From positions 1 to 47,608 of the IMG/VR virus record IMGVR_UViG_3300049437_000015: a stretch of DNA of 47,608 bases. The stretch is one strand, 5' to 3'. Both the position numbers and the translations under genes were made by a program. The notes beneath the pieces are model-generated. The model was not told where the DNA came from, made no database searches, and saw only the letters and a list, made by a program, of their open reading frames with translations. Each line of letters opens with the position of its first letter. Positions within the stretch are counted from its first letter, which is position 1. This document shows positions 8,920 through 18,335 of this stretch, in pieces. The stretch is from a virus. Taxonomy: Duplodnaviria; Caudoviricetes.

Positions 8920-10665
8920 ATGACCCAAACCGTACCCTGCATCGTCAAAGCTCGCGGACGTTCCATCGACTATACGCCGGTCAGCGCGGTCGGTGGCGGC
9001 ATGGTCGTCATCCAAAGCGGATTGATCGGCGTTACGCCGCAAGCGATCGAGGCCGGACGCAAGGGCACGATTATCGTTGACGCTGACGTGGAAGGGCCGA
9101 AAGACTCTTCCGATATGTCCACGCCCGGGTTGGCGATCTATTGGGACAACTCGGCGGGCTGTTTCACGACCACGGCGACGGATTATTATTTCGGGCAAAA
9201 CCTCGAAGCGGCCGCGACATCGGCGACGAAGGCGACGGTGCGGATGCTTGCGTCTGAATCTCCAATAAGTGTGATTGAATCGTTTACCGGATCGCAGATA
9301 TTCAACCCGCTCAACTATGGCGCCGTCGGCGACAATTCCACCGACGACTATACCGCTTTGATGCGCACGCTCGACGCGGCGAAAGGCGCGAGCGATCACG
9401 GCGGCACGGTGTTGATTCCGGCCGGAAAGATTTTCAAAATTGGTGGTGACGCACCTGTTACAATTCCCAATGGCGGTGTTGAAGTTGTCGTGGACAATCC
9501 GACAGGAGTCGGTTATCGCCAACCTCCTATTCGTATTTGCGGCGAGGCGATCGATTTTTATTCCAACCTTCACACGCATGACGTAAAAGGCGGATCGGTT
9601 CTAAATCTCGTTCGCGCCGCCGACACGCCCGCCGACAACCGAGCGAAGATCGAAACTTTCGGCCTCGGCAATCTCGAAATCGACCACTTGACTTTGATGG
9701 ACGACACAGATGGCACGACGAATTTTTTATTTTCGACGCTTACGAGTTGCAATATTCATGACGTTTTCTTTCGTGGGAAGACAAGTCGCTGGCATGATGC
9801 AACCTATCCGACGCAAGACGCGATTGTATTCGGCGGAGAAAATGCAGCGTCCGAATCTGGCCGCACCTCTGGTTTTCAAGGTTACGGCACAAAAGTCGTC
9901 GGGTGCTATTTCGACAATATTCGCCGATGCGTGTACCAAAAAACGTGGTGCAATTCCATTAACGTGGAGCGCAATACGGTGTGGAATGGGTGCGGCGGAG
10001 TCGCTCCGTTTGAAGTTCTCGGAAAAGGCAGCGGTGCCGTCCCATTGGTTGCTGGCGGCGTTTTCGCTAACAACTTGATCGAAGGCTATTTTTATAACTT
10101 CGGATTCAAGCTGACAAACGCCGAGCAATTCACGTTTATCGGCAATTCGATGTGGGACATTTTCACGTCGGAAGGTGACTTTGAATATGTCTATCGCTTT
10201 GAATCAACGGCTTCATATAACACCATCTTTGGTGGCTTCAACGATACTTCCGACCCAACTCTCTTAGTGAGTGACGCCGGAACTGGCAATAAACGTTTTA
10301 CCTATAACGGCATGGAAGGCTCGTCGCTCGTATTCGGTCCAGTTACTATTAATCAGACTGGCACGAAGGGAATTACTCTACAGCAGGGGACAGGAACCGT
10401 AGGTGGTCCGGCATTTTACCTTTATCGCGGCGCGGTTCTGTGCGGTGAAGTCTATATGTACGGCACTGCCGACAGCGGGACTTACCATCTTTATCTTCAA
10501 AGCGATACCGGAAAAGTTGTCTTGGCTCCGAAGGCTGCATCGACGGTGAACATCACCACATTACCCGTTTACGCCAATAATGCGGCGGCTCTGGCAGGGT
10601 CGAGAGTTGCCGGTGATTTATATCGAACGAACGGCGACCCGGACACGATTTGCATTGTTCATTAA
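8920..10665 (+). CDS. DUF2190-like domain fused to a pectate-lyase-3-like beta-helix (capsid spike/depolymerase candidate)
   Basis: N-terminus SIDYTP...AIYWD paralogous to 8021; then FNPLNYGAVGDNSTDDYTAL...GGTVLIPAG beta-helix signature; AAGGA SD before ATG 8920. Confidence 0.75.
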   Translation: MTQTVPCIVKARGRSIDYTPVSAVGGGMVVIQSGLIGVTPQAIEAGRKGTIIVDADVEGPKDSSDMSTPGLAIYWDNSAGCFTTTATDYYFGQNLEAAATSATKATVRMLASESPISVIESFTGSQIFNPLNYGAVGDNSTDDYTALMRTLDAAKGASDHGGTVLIPAGKIFKIGGDAPVTIPNGGVEVVVDNPTGVGYRQPPIRICGEAIDFYSNLHTHDVKGGSVLNLVRAADTPADNRAKIETFGLGNLEIDHLTLMDDTDGTTNFLFSTLTSCNIHDVFFRGKTSRWHDATYPTQDAIVFGGENAASESGRTSGFQGYGTKVVGCYFDNIRRCVYQKTWCNSINVERNTVWNGCGGVAPFEVLGKGSGAVPLVAGGVFANNLIEGYFYNFGFKLTNAEQFTFIGNSMWDIFTSEGDFEYVYRFESTASYNTIFGGFNDTSDPTLLVSDAGTGNKRFTYNGMEGSSLVFGPVTINQTGTKGITLQQGTGTVGGPAFYLYRGAVLCGEVYMYGTADSGTYHLYLQSDTGKVVLAPKAASTVNITTLPVYANNAAALAGSRVAGDLYRTNGDPDTICIVH

Positions 10666-10681
10666 ATGTCAAGAGGGCGTG

Positions 10682-11467
10682 ATGAATACCATTTACAACC
10701 GTTTTTACTACGCCGACCCAACAGGAAAGTATCCGCACGGTTACTTTTCCCGCAACATCATCGGCAAAAAATACGGCTGGAAATGGCTGGAAATTTACTC
10801 GAAAGTCAGTGCCGACATATCCGATGCTCCGGCGTTTGCCGCGAACCTGACCGGCGGATCGACGGTGCTGTTGGACTGCGAGGGGAAAGATACGTGGTCC
10901 GTTTACATCGCGGGCAATGAACCGCTCCAAGTGCTGCCCGAGCGAGTGGCTTTGTGGGATAGGCTAGTTGATTCCATGCGGAATGCAAATCGGACGATCA
11001 ACATCGGTGCGTTTCGGCAAGTGCCGCTCAGCGCGGAGTGGTTATTCACCGGGCCGAATTGGGAATCGAAACTGTACAGACAACAATTCGATTCGTGTTG
11101 GCATGTCGTTGAGAAGTGCGATTTTGTCGCCCCGGCGATTTACTTGCAACGGTCGATGAGCCTGCAATTTATCCAAGAGTGGATCGGCAACTACTGCGCA
11201 GCGGTTCGCGAATACGACCAAGACATACAAATCACGCCGGTCTTTTGGTTGACGTATTGGAGCGAGCTAAAAGAACTTGGCGACCGGTCCAAAATTGTTT
11301 GGACTCAATCGCTCATGGAAAAGTATCGGCTGCCGCAAAGACTGGTTAGGGCCGTGCTGCAAGCGTTTTCGGACAATGGCATCAACTCGATGATCGGCTG
11401 GCAAGAGGAGCGGCAGCCGTGGGATGAAAAGTACATGGCCCCTGTTATCGCGTGGGGAAGAAAATGA
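10682..11467 (+). CDS. Hypothetical protein, possible glycoside-hydrolase-like barrel
   Basis: VLLDCE and DFVAPAIYL segments, Trp/Tyr-rich; resemblance only. Confidence 0.4.
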   Translation: MNTIYNRFYYADPTGKYPHGYFSRNIIGKKYGWKWLEIYSKVSADISDAPAFAANLTGGSTVLLDCEGKDTWSVYIAGNEPLQVLPERVALWDRLVDSMRNANRTINIGAFRQVPLSAEWLFTGPNWESKLYRQQFDSCWHVVEKCDFVAPAIYLQRSMSLQFIQEWIGNYCAAVREYDQDIQITPVFWLTYWSELKELGDRSKIVWTQSLMEKYRLPQRLVRAVLQAFSDNGINSMIGWQEERQPWDEKYMAPVIAWGRK

Positions 11468-11468
11468 A

Positions 11469-11846
11469 ATGGGAATGCTTAACCGAGCCGTGAACTCGAT
11501 GCTCTCCACCCTGCTTTCCTCCGAAGGCGAGGCGGTGACGTACGCGCGGGGAAGCGACACGGTTTCGCTGACGGCGATTCGCGGCAAGGCGGAATTGAAC
11601 ATCGATAAATTCACCACAGTTCAGGTGGAAGGAATCGATGCGAGCTGGATCATCGACGCGACGATGCTTGTTCACGTTGAATATGCTGGCATGTACCAAA
11701 CGTCAGAGCTTTGGACGCCGCAACGGAGTGACCGAATCACCGACGCGAACAACCAAGTTTGGGAAGTGACGCCGGTCGATGGGATCGGCTGCTATCGAGA
11801 CACGCGGGGAATGATGCGAATTTTCGTAAAGGCGATAGTTGCATGA
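11469..11846 (+). CDS. Head closure/head-tail joining protein
   Basis: Position, size, VTY.RG and PQRSDRI motifs. Confidence 0.6.
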   Translation: MGMLNRAVNSMLSTLLSSEGEAVTYARGSDTVSLTAIRGKAELNIDKFTTVQVEGIDASWIIDATMLVHVEYAGMYQTSELWTPQRSDRITDANNQVWEVTPVDGIGCYRDTRGMMRIFVKAIVA

Positions 11847-12277
11847 GCATTCAAGCGGACGTTGCCGACGCGGTTACTTCGGAGTTAAACCTCCATGCGT
11901 TCAGCTTGACGTTTACCGCCACGCGAACCCAGTTGCCGAGCTACAAACGAACCGAGACGAAAGAGTTAAAAGTATGGGTGATTCCGACTTCGCGAAAATC
12001 GGAAATCAAGAACCATAAAACGCGCGGCTTTACCATTCAAATCGACGTAGGCGTGGGCGCGCCAGTCAGCCCGGAAGACAACACCGCCGTCGATCCATAT
12101 TTGGACTTACTCGAATCGATTGATGATTTTTTGGCCTTCCGAGAATTGCCGACCTACACGAATGCGAAATGGATCGGGAGCGAAACGGTTGATGGCGCTG
12201 ACGCCGGCTATGCTCCCGACATGCTCGATGCGAACCAATACTTGGGCGTGATACGAGCGACTTACCGGATTTGCTGA
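11843..12277 (+). CDS. Neck/tail terminator-like protein
   Basis: ATGA overlap; position between head closure and tail genes. Confidence 0.55.
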   Translation: MSIQADVADAVTSELNLHAFSLTFTATRTQLPSYKRTETKELKVWVIPTSRKSEIKNHKTRGFTIQIDVGVGAPVSPEDNTAVDPYLDLLESIDDFLAFRELPTYTNAKWIGSETVDGADAGYAPDMLDANQYLGVIRATYRIC

Positions 12278-12278
12278 C

Positions 12279-12737
12279 ATGCTGAAACTCGATGCGATGA
12301 AAGGAATGTTTTTCGACCGCGCGGCGGTAATGAAAGCCGCCGACGCAGGTACGCGGAAAGTACTGTCGAAATTCGGCGCATTCGTCCGCACGTCCGCGAA
12401 GTCGAGTATTCGCAAACGTCGCCGCGCATCCGAGCCAGGAATGCCGCCAAGTTCGCATACGGGATTGCTGAAGAAATTTATTTTCTTCGGATACGACGCC
12501 TCGAAAAAATCGGTGGTCATCGGTCCGACGCTTCTGAATGGAAAGGCCGGGACCGCACCAGAGGCTTTAGAGTACGGCGGAACCGCCGTTTTAATGGTTC
12601 GCAAACAAGGGATGACGCGAAAAGGCCAACGCGAAAAGAAAGTCATTCAAATCAAAAAACGTCCCTACATGCAACCAGCCTTCGATAAAAACTTACCCCA
12701 ATTGCCCTCGCTTTGGGCGAACTCAATCAAAAAATAA
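12279..12737 (+). CDS. HK97 gp10-like neck/tail completion protein
   Basis: ASEPG.PP..HTG.LKK.I, LEYGG, RPYMQPAF motifs. Confidence 0.7.
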   Translation: MLKLDAMKGMFFDRAAVMKAADAGTRKVLSKFGAFVRTSAKSSIRKRRRASEPGMPPSSHTGLLKKFIFFGYDASKKSVVIGPTLLNGKAGTAPEALEYGGTAVLMVRKQGMTRKGQREKKVIQIKKRPYMQPAFDKNLPQLPSLWANSIKK

Positions 12738-12749
12738 GGAGCCTTTCAA

Positions 12750-13160
12750 ATGGCAGACCTCATTGGCCTGGATGCCGTGATTTATCGCGGTGCCGTCAAC
12801 ACCACGCCTTCGACCTTGATGGTGAATTACCGCAAGGCAAAACTCAATCGCGATAAGGTGATGGCTGACAACAGCCGCCACGGCATGAAAACGGCCTCGC
12901 AACGTCCGACGCGAACGAACAACACCATTGAATTTGAGATGGTCGATTCCGACACGGATGCTGACGTTGCCGCGCTGTGGGCGGCGTTCAATGCCGATAC
13001 CCCGCTGGCCTTCAAGATTCTCGACAAGGCCAACGGCAAGGGAATCCTCGGCGATTTCTACGTGTCGAAAATGGAGCAGGATCAAGACGAAGAAAACATG
13101 CAGATTTTCTCCGTCGGCCTTTCACCGACCTCGGAATACCGCGACGTGGTTGCGGTCTAA
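12750..13160 (+). CDS. Major tail tube protein
   Basis: AAGGAG SD; 136 aa, beta-rich, position before chaperone and tape measure. Confidence 0.65.
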   Translation: MADLIGLDAVIYRGAVNTTPSTLMVNYRKAKLNRDKVMADNSRHGMKTASQRPTRTNNTIEFEMVDSDTDADVAALWAAFNADTPLAFKILDKANGKGILGDFYVSKMEQDQDEENMQIFSVGLSPTSEYRDVVAV

Positions 13161-13198
13161 TTCGCGAACCGACATTTCAATTCAAGGAATCCATATCG

Positions 13199-14029
13199 AT
13201 GGCGACCATCAATTTTCAAGAAAACGTTTCGCTCGGCGGGGTGAGCTTCAACACTTACTACCCGATCACCGGCAATAGTCAAGTTCCCAACCTCGAAGAG
13301 CCGTTGGCGGCCGGCAACTCAGGTACACTCACCACTCGCACCGACGACAACACCGGCGTGGCAACGCTCTCCACGGGCCACGGCATCATCACAAGCGATG
13401 TTTGCGATATCTATTGGACCGGCGGATATCGACACGGCATGACCGCTACGGTGGCGACCAACGCGATCACACTCGACGGCGGGACCGGCGATCCGCTCCC
13501 CACGGAAGCGGCCGTGGTCGTCGTTTCCAAGCAGGAAACCTACAACCTCGATTTTTCGACGAGCATCCTCGCGGCGTTGCGGATACTCTGCGATCAGCGC
13601 GCCCACGTCGGATTCCGAAGCTCGGCTTCCGCCTTGCTCAAAGATTTGGATTTAACCGCCACCCGTCCGTTCTGTTGGAACGACGATCATCCACAGACAT
13701 TCAACAACGTCGGCCAGTCCGCGCAACTCACCACTCGCACGGACGACAACACGGGCGTCGCCACCTGCTTGACCGGCCACGGCATCGAAACCGCCGACGT
13801 GGTTGACGTTTATTGGCTCGGAGGATTCCGCCTGGGCATGGCCGCCACGACCGCGACGAATGCCGTCACGTTGGAAGGCGGCTCGGGCGACGCCCTCCCG
13901 CTGGTCAATACGGCTTTGATTTTGGTCAACGTTTCCGACGACGGATATCCCGACGTTGCCTCAATCGTCGCGTCGAATGGATCGGCCACGGCGGCAACGC
14001 TCAAAATCGGCGGACTCGCGAACGCCTAA
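13199..14029 (+). CDS. Virion-associated protein with an internally duplicated ~60-aa domain
   Basis: Two copies of LTTRTDDNTGVAT..TGHGI.T.DV.D.YW.GG.R.GM.AT.ATNA.TL.GG.GD.LP. Confidence 0.7.
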   Translation: MATINFQENVSLGGVSFNTYYPITGNSQVPNLEEPLAAGNSGTLTTRTDDNTGVATLSTGHGIITSDVCDIYWTGGYRHGMTATVATNAITLDGGTGDPLPTEAAVVVVSKQETYNLDFSTSILAALRILCDQRAHVGFRSSASALLKDLDLTATRPFCWNDDHPQTFNNVGQSAQLTTRTDDNTGVATCLTGHGIETADVVDVYWLGGFRLGMAATTATNAVTLEGGSGDALPLVNTALILVNVSDDGYPDVASIVASNGSATAATLKIGGLANA

Positions 14030-14042
14030 AAGGAGGTTTTTT

Positions 14043-14600
14043 GTGAAATCGTTCAACGATACGCTGGGCCGCGAATGGAAGATCGATATTACCATCGGCG
14101 CGTTGGCTCGCGTCAAAAGCGCGATGGGGCTCGATCTTCTCGCGCCGCATGAAGTACCCGGTGACGATGCCGATGAGCGGGCACGGTCGAAACTGTTTAA
14201 GGGCCGGAAAGCCTTATTGGTTTCCGTCTTGAACAGCGACCCGAGCCTGCTTTTCGACGTTATCGCCAATATCCTCGCGCCGCAAATGGAAGCCAAGAAG
14301 GTTCCCGTCGAGGATTTTGTCGAGTCGATGGGAGGCGATGCGGCCTATTCGGCCTACCGCGCGTTCGTCGATGAGTGGTCCGATTTTTTCCTGAAATTCC
14401 ACCGGCCGGACGCCGCGGCGATGGTGCTCAAACACGCGGAGATGATCGAAGCGGAGAGCAAGCGCGACGTGGCGATGGTGGAGAAAGTCGGAGCGACGGT
14501 GGAACGGACGATGGCGAGGAATCGGACGGAAGCGATAGCAAGACTCGATTCCGTTGGGAATGGCGAGACATCTATCGATTCGCTGGTTACCTCGGAATAG
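14043..14600 (+). CDS. Tail assembly chaperone (gpG-like)
   Basis: AAGGAGG SD, GTG start, KSF.D..GREW.I.IT N-terminus; position before tape measure. Confidence 0.7.
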   Translation: MKSFNDTLGREWKIDITIGALARVKSAMGLDLLAPHEVPGDDADERARSKLFKGRKALLVSVLNSDPSLLFDVIANILAPQMEAKKVPVEDFVESMGGDAAYSAYRAFVDEWSDFFLKFHRPDAAAMVLKHAEMIEAESKRDVAMVEKVGATVERTMARNRTEAIARLDSVGNGETSIDSLVTSE

Positions 14601-14830
14601 ACCCGGAGCCTTACACGCTCCGACAGTTGGTTTGGATGGTGGAAGGTAAGCGGCTTGAAGAGTGGGATCAAACCGCACTTTTGGCCGCGAAAATTCACAA
14701 CGCTTTCGCTGGGCGATCAAGCGTTCGCGGAGCGGATGCGTTTCATCCTTACCGAAAGAAAAAAACAATCGATCCGCCAATGGCGCGAAACACCGGCGAA
14801 ACCTTGATTGCCGCATTTTGCGGAAAATAA
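14384..14830 (+). CDS. Tail assembly chaperone gpGT C-terminal part, -1 frame (start marks candidate slippery site)
   Basis: Overlapping -1 frame encodes AGYLGIDPEPYTLRQLVWM...W.QTALLA and ends 1 nt before the tape measure ATG. Confidence 0.6.
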   Translation, partial: FFPEIPPAGRRGDGAQTRGDDRSGEQARRGDGGESRSDGGTDDGEESDGSDSKTRFRWEWRDIYRFAGYLGIDPEPYTLRQLVWMVEGKRLEEWDQTALLAAKIHNAFAGRSSVRGADAFHPYRKKKTIDPPMARNTGETLIAAFCGK

Positions 14831-14831
14831 C

Positions 14832-16760
14832 ATGGCGAACTCTGGAGCAATTCGAGCCGGCCGCGCGTTTGTCGAACTTTTCGGCGACGATTCCAAGCTC
14901 GTGCGCATGCTGAAAGGCGCGGAAACAAAGGTCAAGGCGTTCGGGACCGGCCTTATGGCGATGGGCGGAAAGATGTTCGCCGGAGGAATGGCACTGGCCG
15001 CTCCGCTTGCCGCAGCCGTCAAGCAGTTCACCGATTACGGCAGCCAACTCAACGACATGAGCGCACGAACCGGCGTAAGCGTCGAAGCTCTTTCCGAATT
15101 TGGATACGCCGCACAGCTTTCCGGGGCCGACTTAGAAACGCTCGAAGGCGGAATCCGCAAGATGCAAAAGGCCCTCGGCGGCGTTGATGGCGCGTCGAAG
15201 GATGTTGCCGAGGCTTTGGCGTCGATCGGGCTTAACATGCAACAGCTTGCGGCGATGAATCCAGAGCAGAAGTTTATGAAGATCTCCGAGAAGATCAACG
15301 GAATCGAGAGTCCGACCCGCCGGGCGGTCATTGCGATGGCAATCTTCGGGAAATCTGGAACCATGCTTTTGCCGATGATGGATGGCCTCGCGGAAACCCG
15401 CAAAGAGGCAGAACGGCTCGGACTGACCATGAGCACGGCCGACGCGGCTGCGGCGGATACGTTGGGCGACACGATGGATACGCTTTGGGCGAGCATCAAA
15501 GGCGTTGCCAATCAAATCGGCGCGGCATTGGCTCCGTCGCTGACCTCCGTTCTTTCGACGGCGACGGAATATGTGGCCCAAATAATCGCCTGGGTCAGGG
15601 AGAATCGAGGCTTGATTGTAACCATCGGCAAGGTCACGGCGTTCATTGTGGCCGCCGGAGCCGCGATGGTGGCTCTTGGCGCGGTCGTTTACGGGATCGG
15701 CGCGGGTGTCGGAATTTTAGCGACCGTTTTTGGGGCGGTTCTTTCTCCGCTCGGGCTTCTCATCGGCGGGCTAGTTGCCCTCGGAGCATATTTCGTTTCG
15801 ACCGGCGACGCCGGAACCTGGGTCGGCAGCATTCTCTCTTGGCTCGGCGATAACTTCGGATGGCTCAAGGACACGGCCCTGGCCGCCTGGGGAGCGATAA
15901 CCGGCGCAATTGCCTCGGGCGATATCGGTGCCGCGTTCAATCTCGCCTGGGCGACGATCAAAATGTATTGGGCCGAAGGGGTCGCTTGGCTTACACAAAA
16001 GTGGCTGGCCTTCAAGGGGTTATTCCTGCAAATTTGGAGCGAGGCGGTCTATGGCACGGCCACATTCATGGTCGATGCCTGGGCTGGCATGCAACGCACC
16101 TGGGTTTCGATTGTCTCGGCGATGAAGACGGTCTGGGCTGAATTCACCACCTGGGCCGGAAACCTCTGGAATTCAATGCAGCAAGGCGTTGGCAACGTCT
16201 TTCTGTCCGCGCTCGAGAAGGTCGGTGTTTTGACGGCTGACGAAGCCAAGTCCGCAAAAGCGGACATGAACAAGACGCTCGAATCGCAGAAGCAGGACCG
16301 GACTGCGGCGAACGATGAATATCTGAGGCAAATTGACGCCGAGGAAGCCAAGCAGAAAGACGCGATCACGGCGAATCAAAAGCTCATGGATGACGCGCTG
16401 GCCTCCGATCAGGCGGCGAAAGACAAGGCCCGGCAGGATGGCATCAACGCGGACGCGGAAGCATCTCGAAAAGCGGCCGACGCGGCCCGTGCCGAATGGG
16501 ATACCGCACTCGCCGCGGCGGGCGTGGAAGCGGGTGCGGGAATGCCCGGAGGCCCAGGAAAGCCTCAGCCGTTCGCGGGGAGCGATGTTACCGGCCAGAT
16601 GAAGACGAAGGTGACGAGCACGTTCAACGCCTTCGCCCTGAGCGGCATGGGGCCAAGCAACTCACAAGAGGAAACCGCGAAGAACACCCGCGAGACGGCA
16701 AGGATTCTTCGCCGGTTCGAAATTCACGGAATGGACACCACCACGAAGGCAACCGCATAA
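14832..16760 (+). CDS. Tape measure protein
   Basis: IRAGRAFVEL N-terminus, MSARTGVSVE.LS, AMAIFGKSG..LLP, hydrophobic stretch, Trp-periodic helices. Confidence 0.88.
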   Translation: MANSGAIRAGRAFVELFGDDSKLVRMLKGAETKVKAFGTGLMAMGGKMFAGGMALAAPLAAAVKQFTDYGSQLNDMSARTGVSVEALSEFGYAAQLSGADLETLEGGIRKMQKALGGVDGASKDVAEALASIGLNMQQLAAMNPEQKFMKISEKINGIESPTRRAVIAMAIFGKSGTMLLPMMDGLAETRKEAERLGLTMSTADAAAADTLGDTMDTLWASIKGVANQIGAALAPSLTSVLSTATEYVAQIIAWVRENRGLIVTIGKVTAFIVAAGAAMVALGAVVYGIGAGVGILATVFGAVLSPLGLLIGGLVALGAYFVSTGDAGTWVGSILSWLGDNFGWLKDTALAAWGAITGAIASGDIGAAFNLAWATIKMYWAEGVAWLTQKWLAFKGLFLQIWSEAVYGTATFMVDAWAGMQRTWVSIVSAMKTVWAEFTTWAGNLWNSMQQGVGNVFLSALEKVGVLTADEAKSAKADMNKTLESQKQDRTAANDEYLRQIDAEEAKQKDAITANQKLMDDALASDQAAKDKARQDGINADAEASRKAADAARAEWDTALAAAGVEAGAGMPGGPGKPQPFAGSDVTGQMKTKVTSTFNAFALSGMGPSNSQEETAKNTRETARILRRFEIHGMDTTTKATA

Positions 16761-17560
16761 TGGCCGTTACCGTCACACCACGCCCGGGAATGAATTACGC
16801 CGGCGGCGATTCGCCGACGTGGGATGTTGATTTCAACATCGAAGGCACGAGCGATCCGGTTGAAGCTCGGCTGCAACTTCTTTATCAGACCGATGCGATT
16901 TATGACGGCCTCGTTCGACAAACCCCGCGCGTCGTTCATCAAGGCGGCGATTTCTTCATTGGCACGATCACTTACGCTAAATCCGCTCCGTTGCCGGGTC
17001 GGCTTGAATATCAATTCGAGATCGGCGGTAAAACCGAGAAGAAATATCAAAGCCTCTCGACAACATCTTATCCGTCAACGGCTCCCGATTACAACGGAGC
17101 AATTGCCGTCGTCAAGAGCGGCGACACCATCGATGTTCAGGGAATCGATGTTGACGTTCCATCAAAAGCTTTTTCGCTGAAATGGACCCTCGACGCGTCG
17201 GCGTTCACTTCTGCGCTTGAGCAAAATCTTTACGCTATGTCTATCGCGCCGGTCAACTCCGCTCCATTTATGGGTTATGCGGCTGGGGAACTGCTCTACA
17301 AGGGATCATCCGGCGGACTCAAGGAGGGCGATGAAACAGGCGAATTGACATTAAAATTCGAGGCATCTCCGAACCTGACCGGCCTGACCATCGGCGGTAT
17401 AGGCGGAATCTCGAAACAAGGCTGGCAACTTATCGATATCGTGCGCGAGGCTTCTGACGCCACGGGCAGCGGAACTAAATTTATGACGCCGAAAATCACC
17501 GGCATCTACGTCCACACGGTTTTCTATACCAGCAATTTCTCCGCGTTACTGGGGATTTAA
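16760..17560 (+). CDS. Distal tail/baseplate-region protein
   Basis: Coupled to tape measure stop (TAATG); F.GYAAGELLY.G..G motif; position. Confidence 0.6.
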   Translation: MAVTVTPRPGMNYAGGDSPTWDVDFNIEGTSDPVEARLQLLYQTDAIYDGLVRQTPRVVHQGGDFFIGTITYAKSAPLPGRLEYQFEIGGKTEKKYQSLSTTSYPSTAPDYNGAIAVVKSGDTIDVQGIDVDVPSKAFSLKWTLDASAFTSALEQNLYAMSIAPVNSAPFMGYAAGELLYKGSSGGLKEGDETGELTLKFEASPNLTGLTIGGIGGISKQGWQLIDIVREASDATGSGTKFMTPKITGIYVHTVFYTSNFSALLGI

Positions 17561-17561
17561 T

Positions 17562-18326
17562 ATGGCCCTGAAACGCTGGACCCCCGGACAGCCTGCCGTT
17601 CTTTCGTCGGCGACATGGAACACGTTTTGCGACGTGGCTGAGGATTTCCAAAGATCGGACCTGACCGGAAGCGGTGCGAAAAGCGGAACGAAGAACTCGG
17701 CGATCCTCACGATCAAGAACACTTCCGGTGTGGCCCGCGATCGATTCGACGTGCTGAAGCTCGATACGCCGATTATTACCGAGGCGCAGAATGCGGACGC
17801 TTTCAAAAACCTCGCCGGATTCAACGCAGTCGCCCTTGATTCTTCTGCCGACGCAACGCCGGTTATTCTTTTGCAACCGCTTGACGAAGATCAATGCGGC
17901 CGTGGCGTGATTCTCGGCGCTGCAATCGCGAACGTCGAAATACTCGACAACGATCACAAATACGCGAAATACTCTTCCGACCACCCGGAGTATCTCGAAT
18001 CGTCGGGGAGCGGATCGATCAAGCTGCTTTACAATCCGGGGACGGGGAACGATATTGCGATTGTGCTGCTCGGTTCGTCCAGTTCCTCTATCGTTTGCGC
18101 CGTCCTCACCGAAGACCTCGTTTATGGCGGCACGGCCGACGCAACCGAGTACACCACGGTTTCGCCGTTGGGCGGCACGGCGACAACGACCACGCTGGCC
18201 GATTGCTGGTGTCCGTTTCTTATGGCTGGAAAACAACTCTCTTCCGGCTTCCATATCGGCGTTGACAAATCTCAGGGAAACATGGTCATTCAAACTCTCG
18301 AATGCTCCGTCGATATCCCGACGTAA
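17562..18326 (+). CDS. Tail-tip-region protein
   Basis: Position; IKNTSG..RDRFDVL motif. Confidence 0.55.
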   Translation: MALKRWTPGQPAVLSSATWNTFCDVAEDFQRSDLTGSGAKSGTKNSAILTIKNTSGVARDRFDVLKLDTPIITEAQNADAFKNLAGFNAVALDSSADATPVILLQPLDEDQCGRGVILGAAIANVEILDNDHKYAKYSSDHPEYLESSGSGSIKLLYNPGTGNDIAIVLLGSSSSSIVCAVLTEDLVYGGTADATEYTTVSPLGGTATTTTLADCWCPFLMAGKQLSSGFHIGVDKSQGNMVIQTLECSVDIPT

Positions 18327-18335
18327 GGAGGCAAC

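Noticed and set aside
13326-13900. Repeat pair as a DGR template/variable repeat
   Set aside because: Both copies are in one ORF, mismatches are not adenine-specific, and no reverse transcriptase is present
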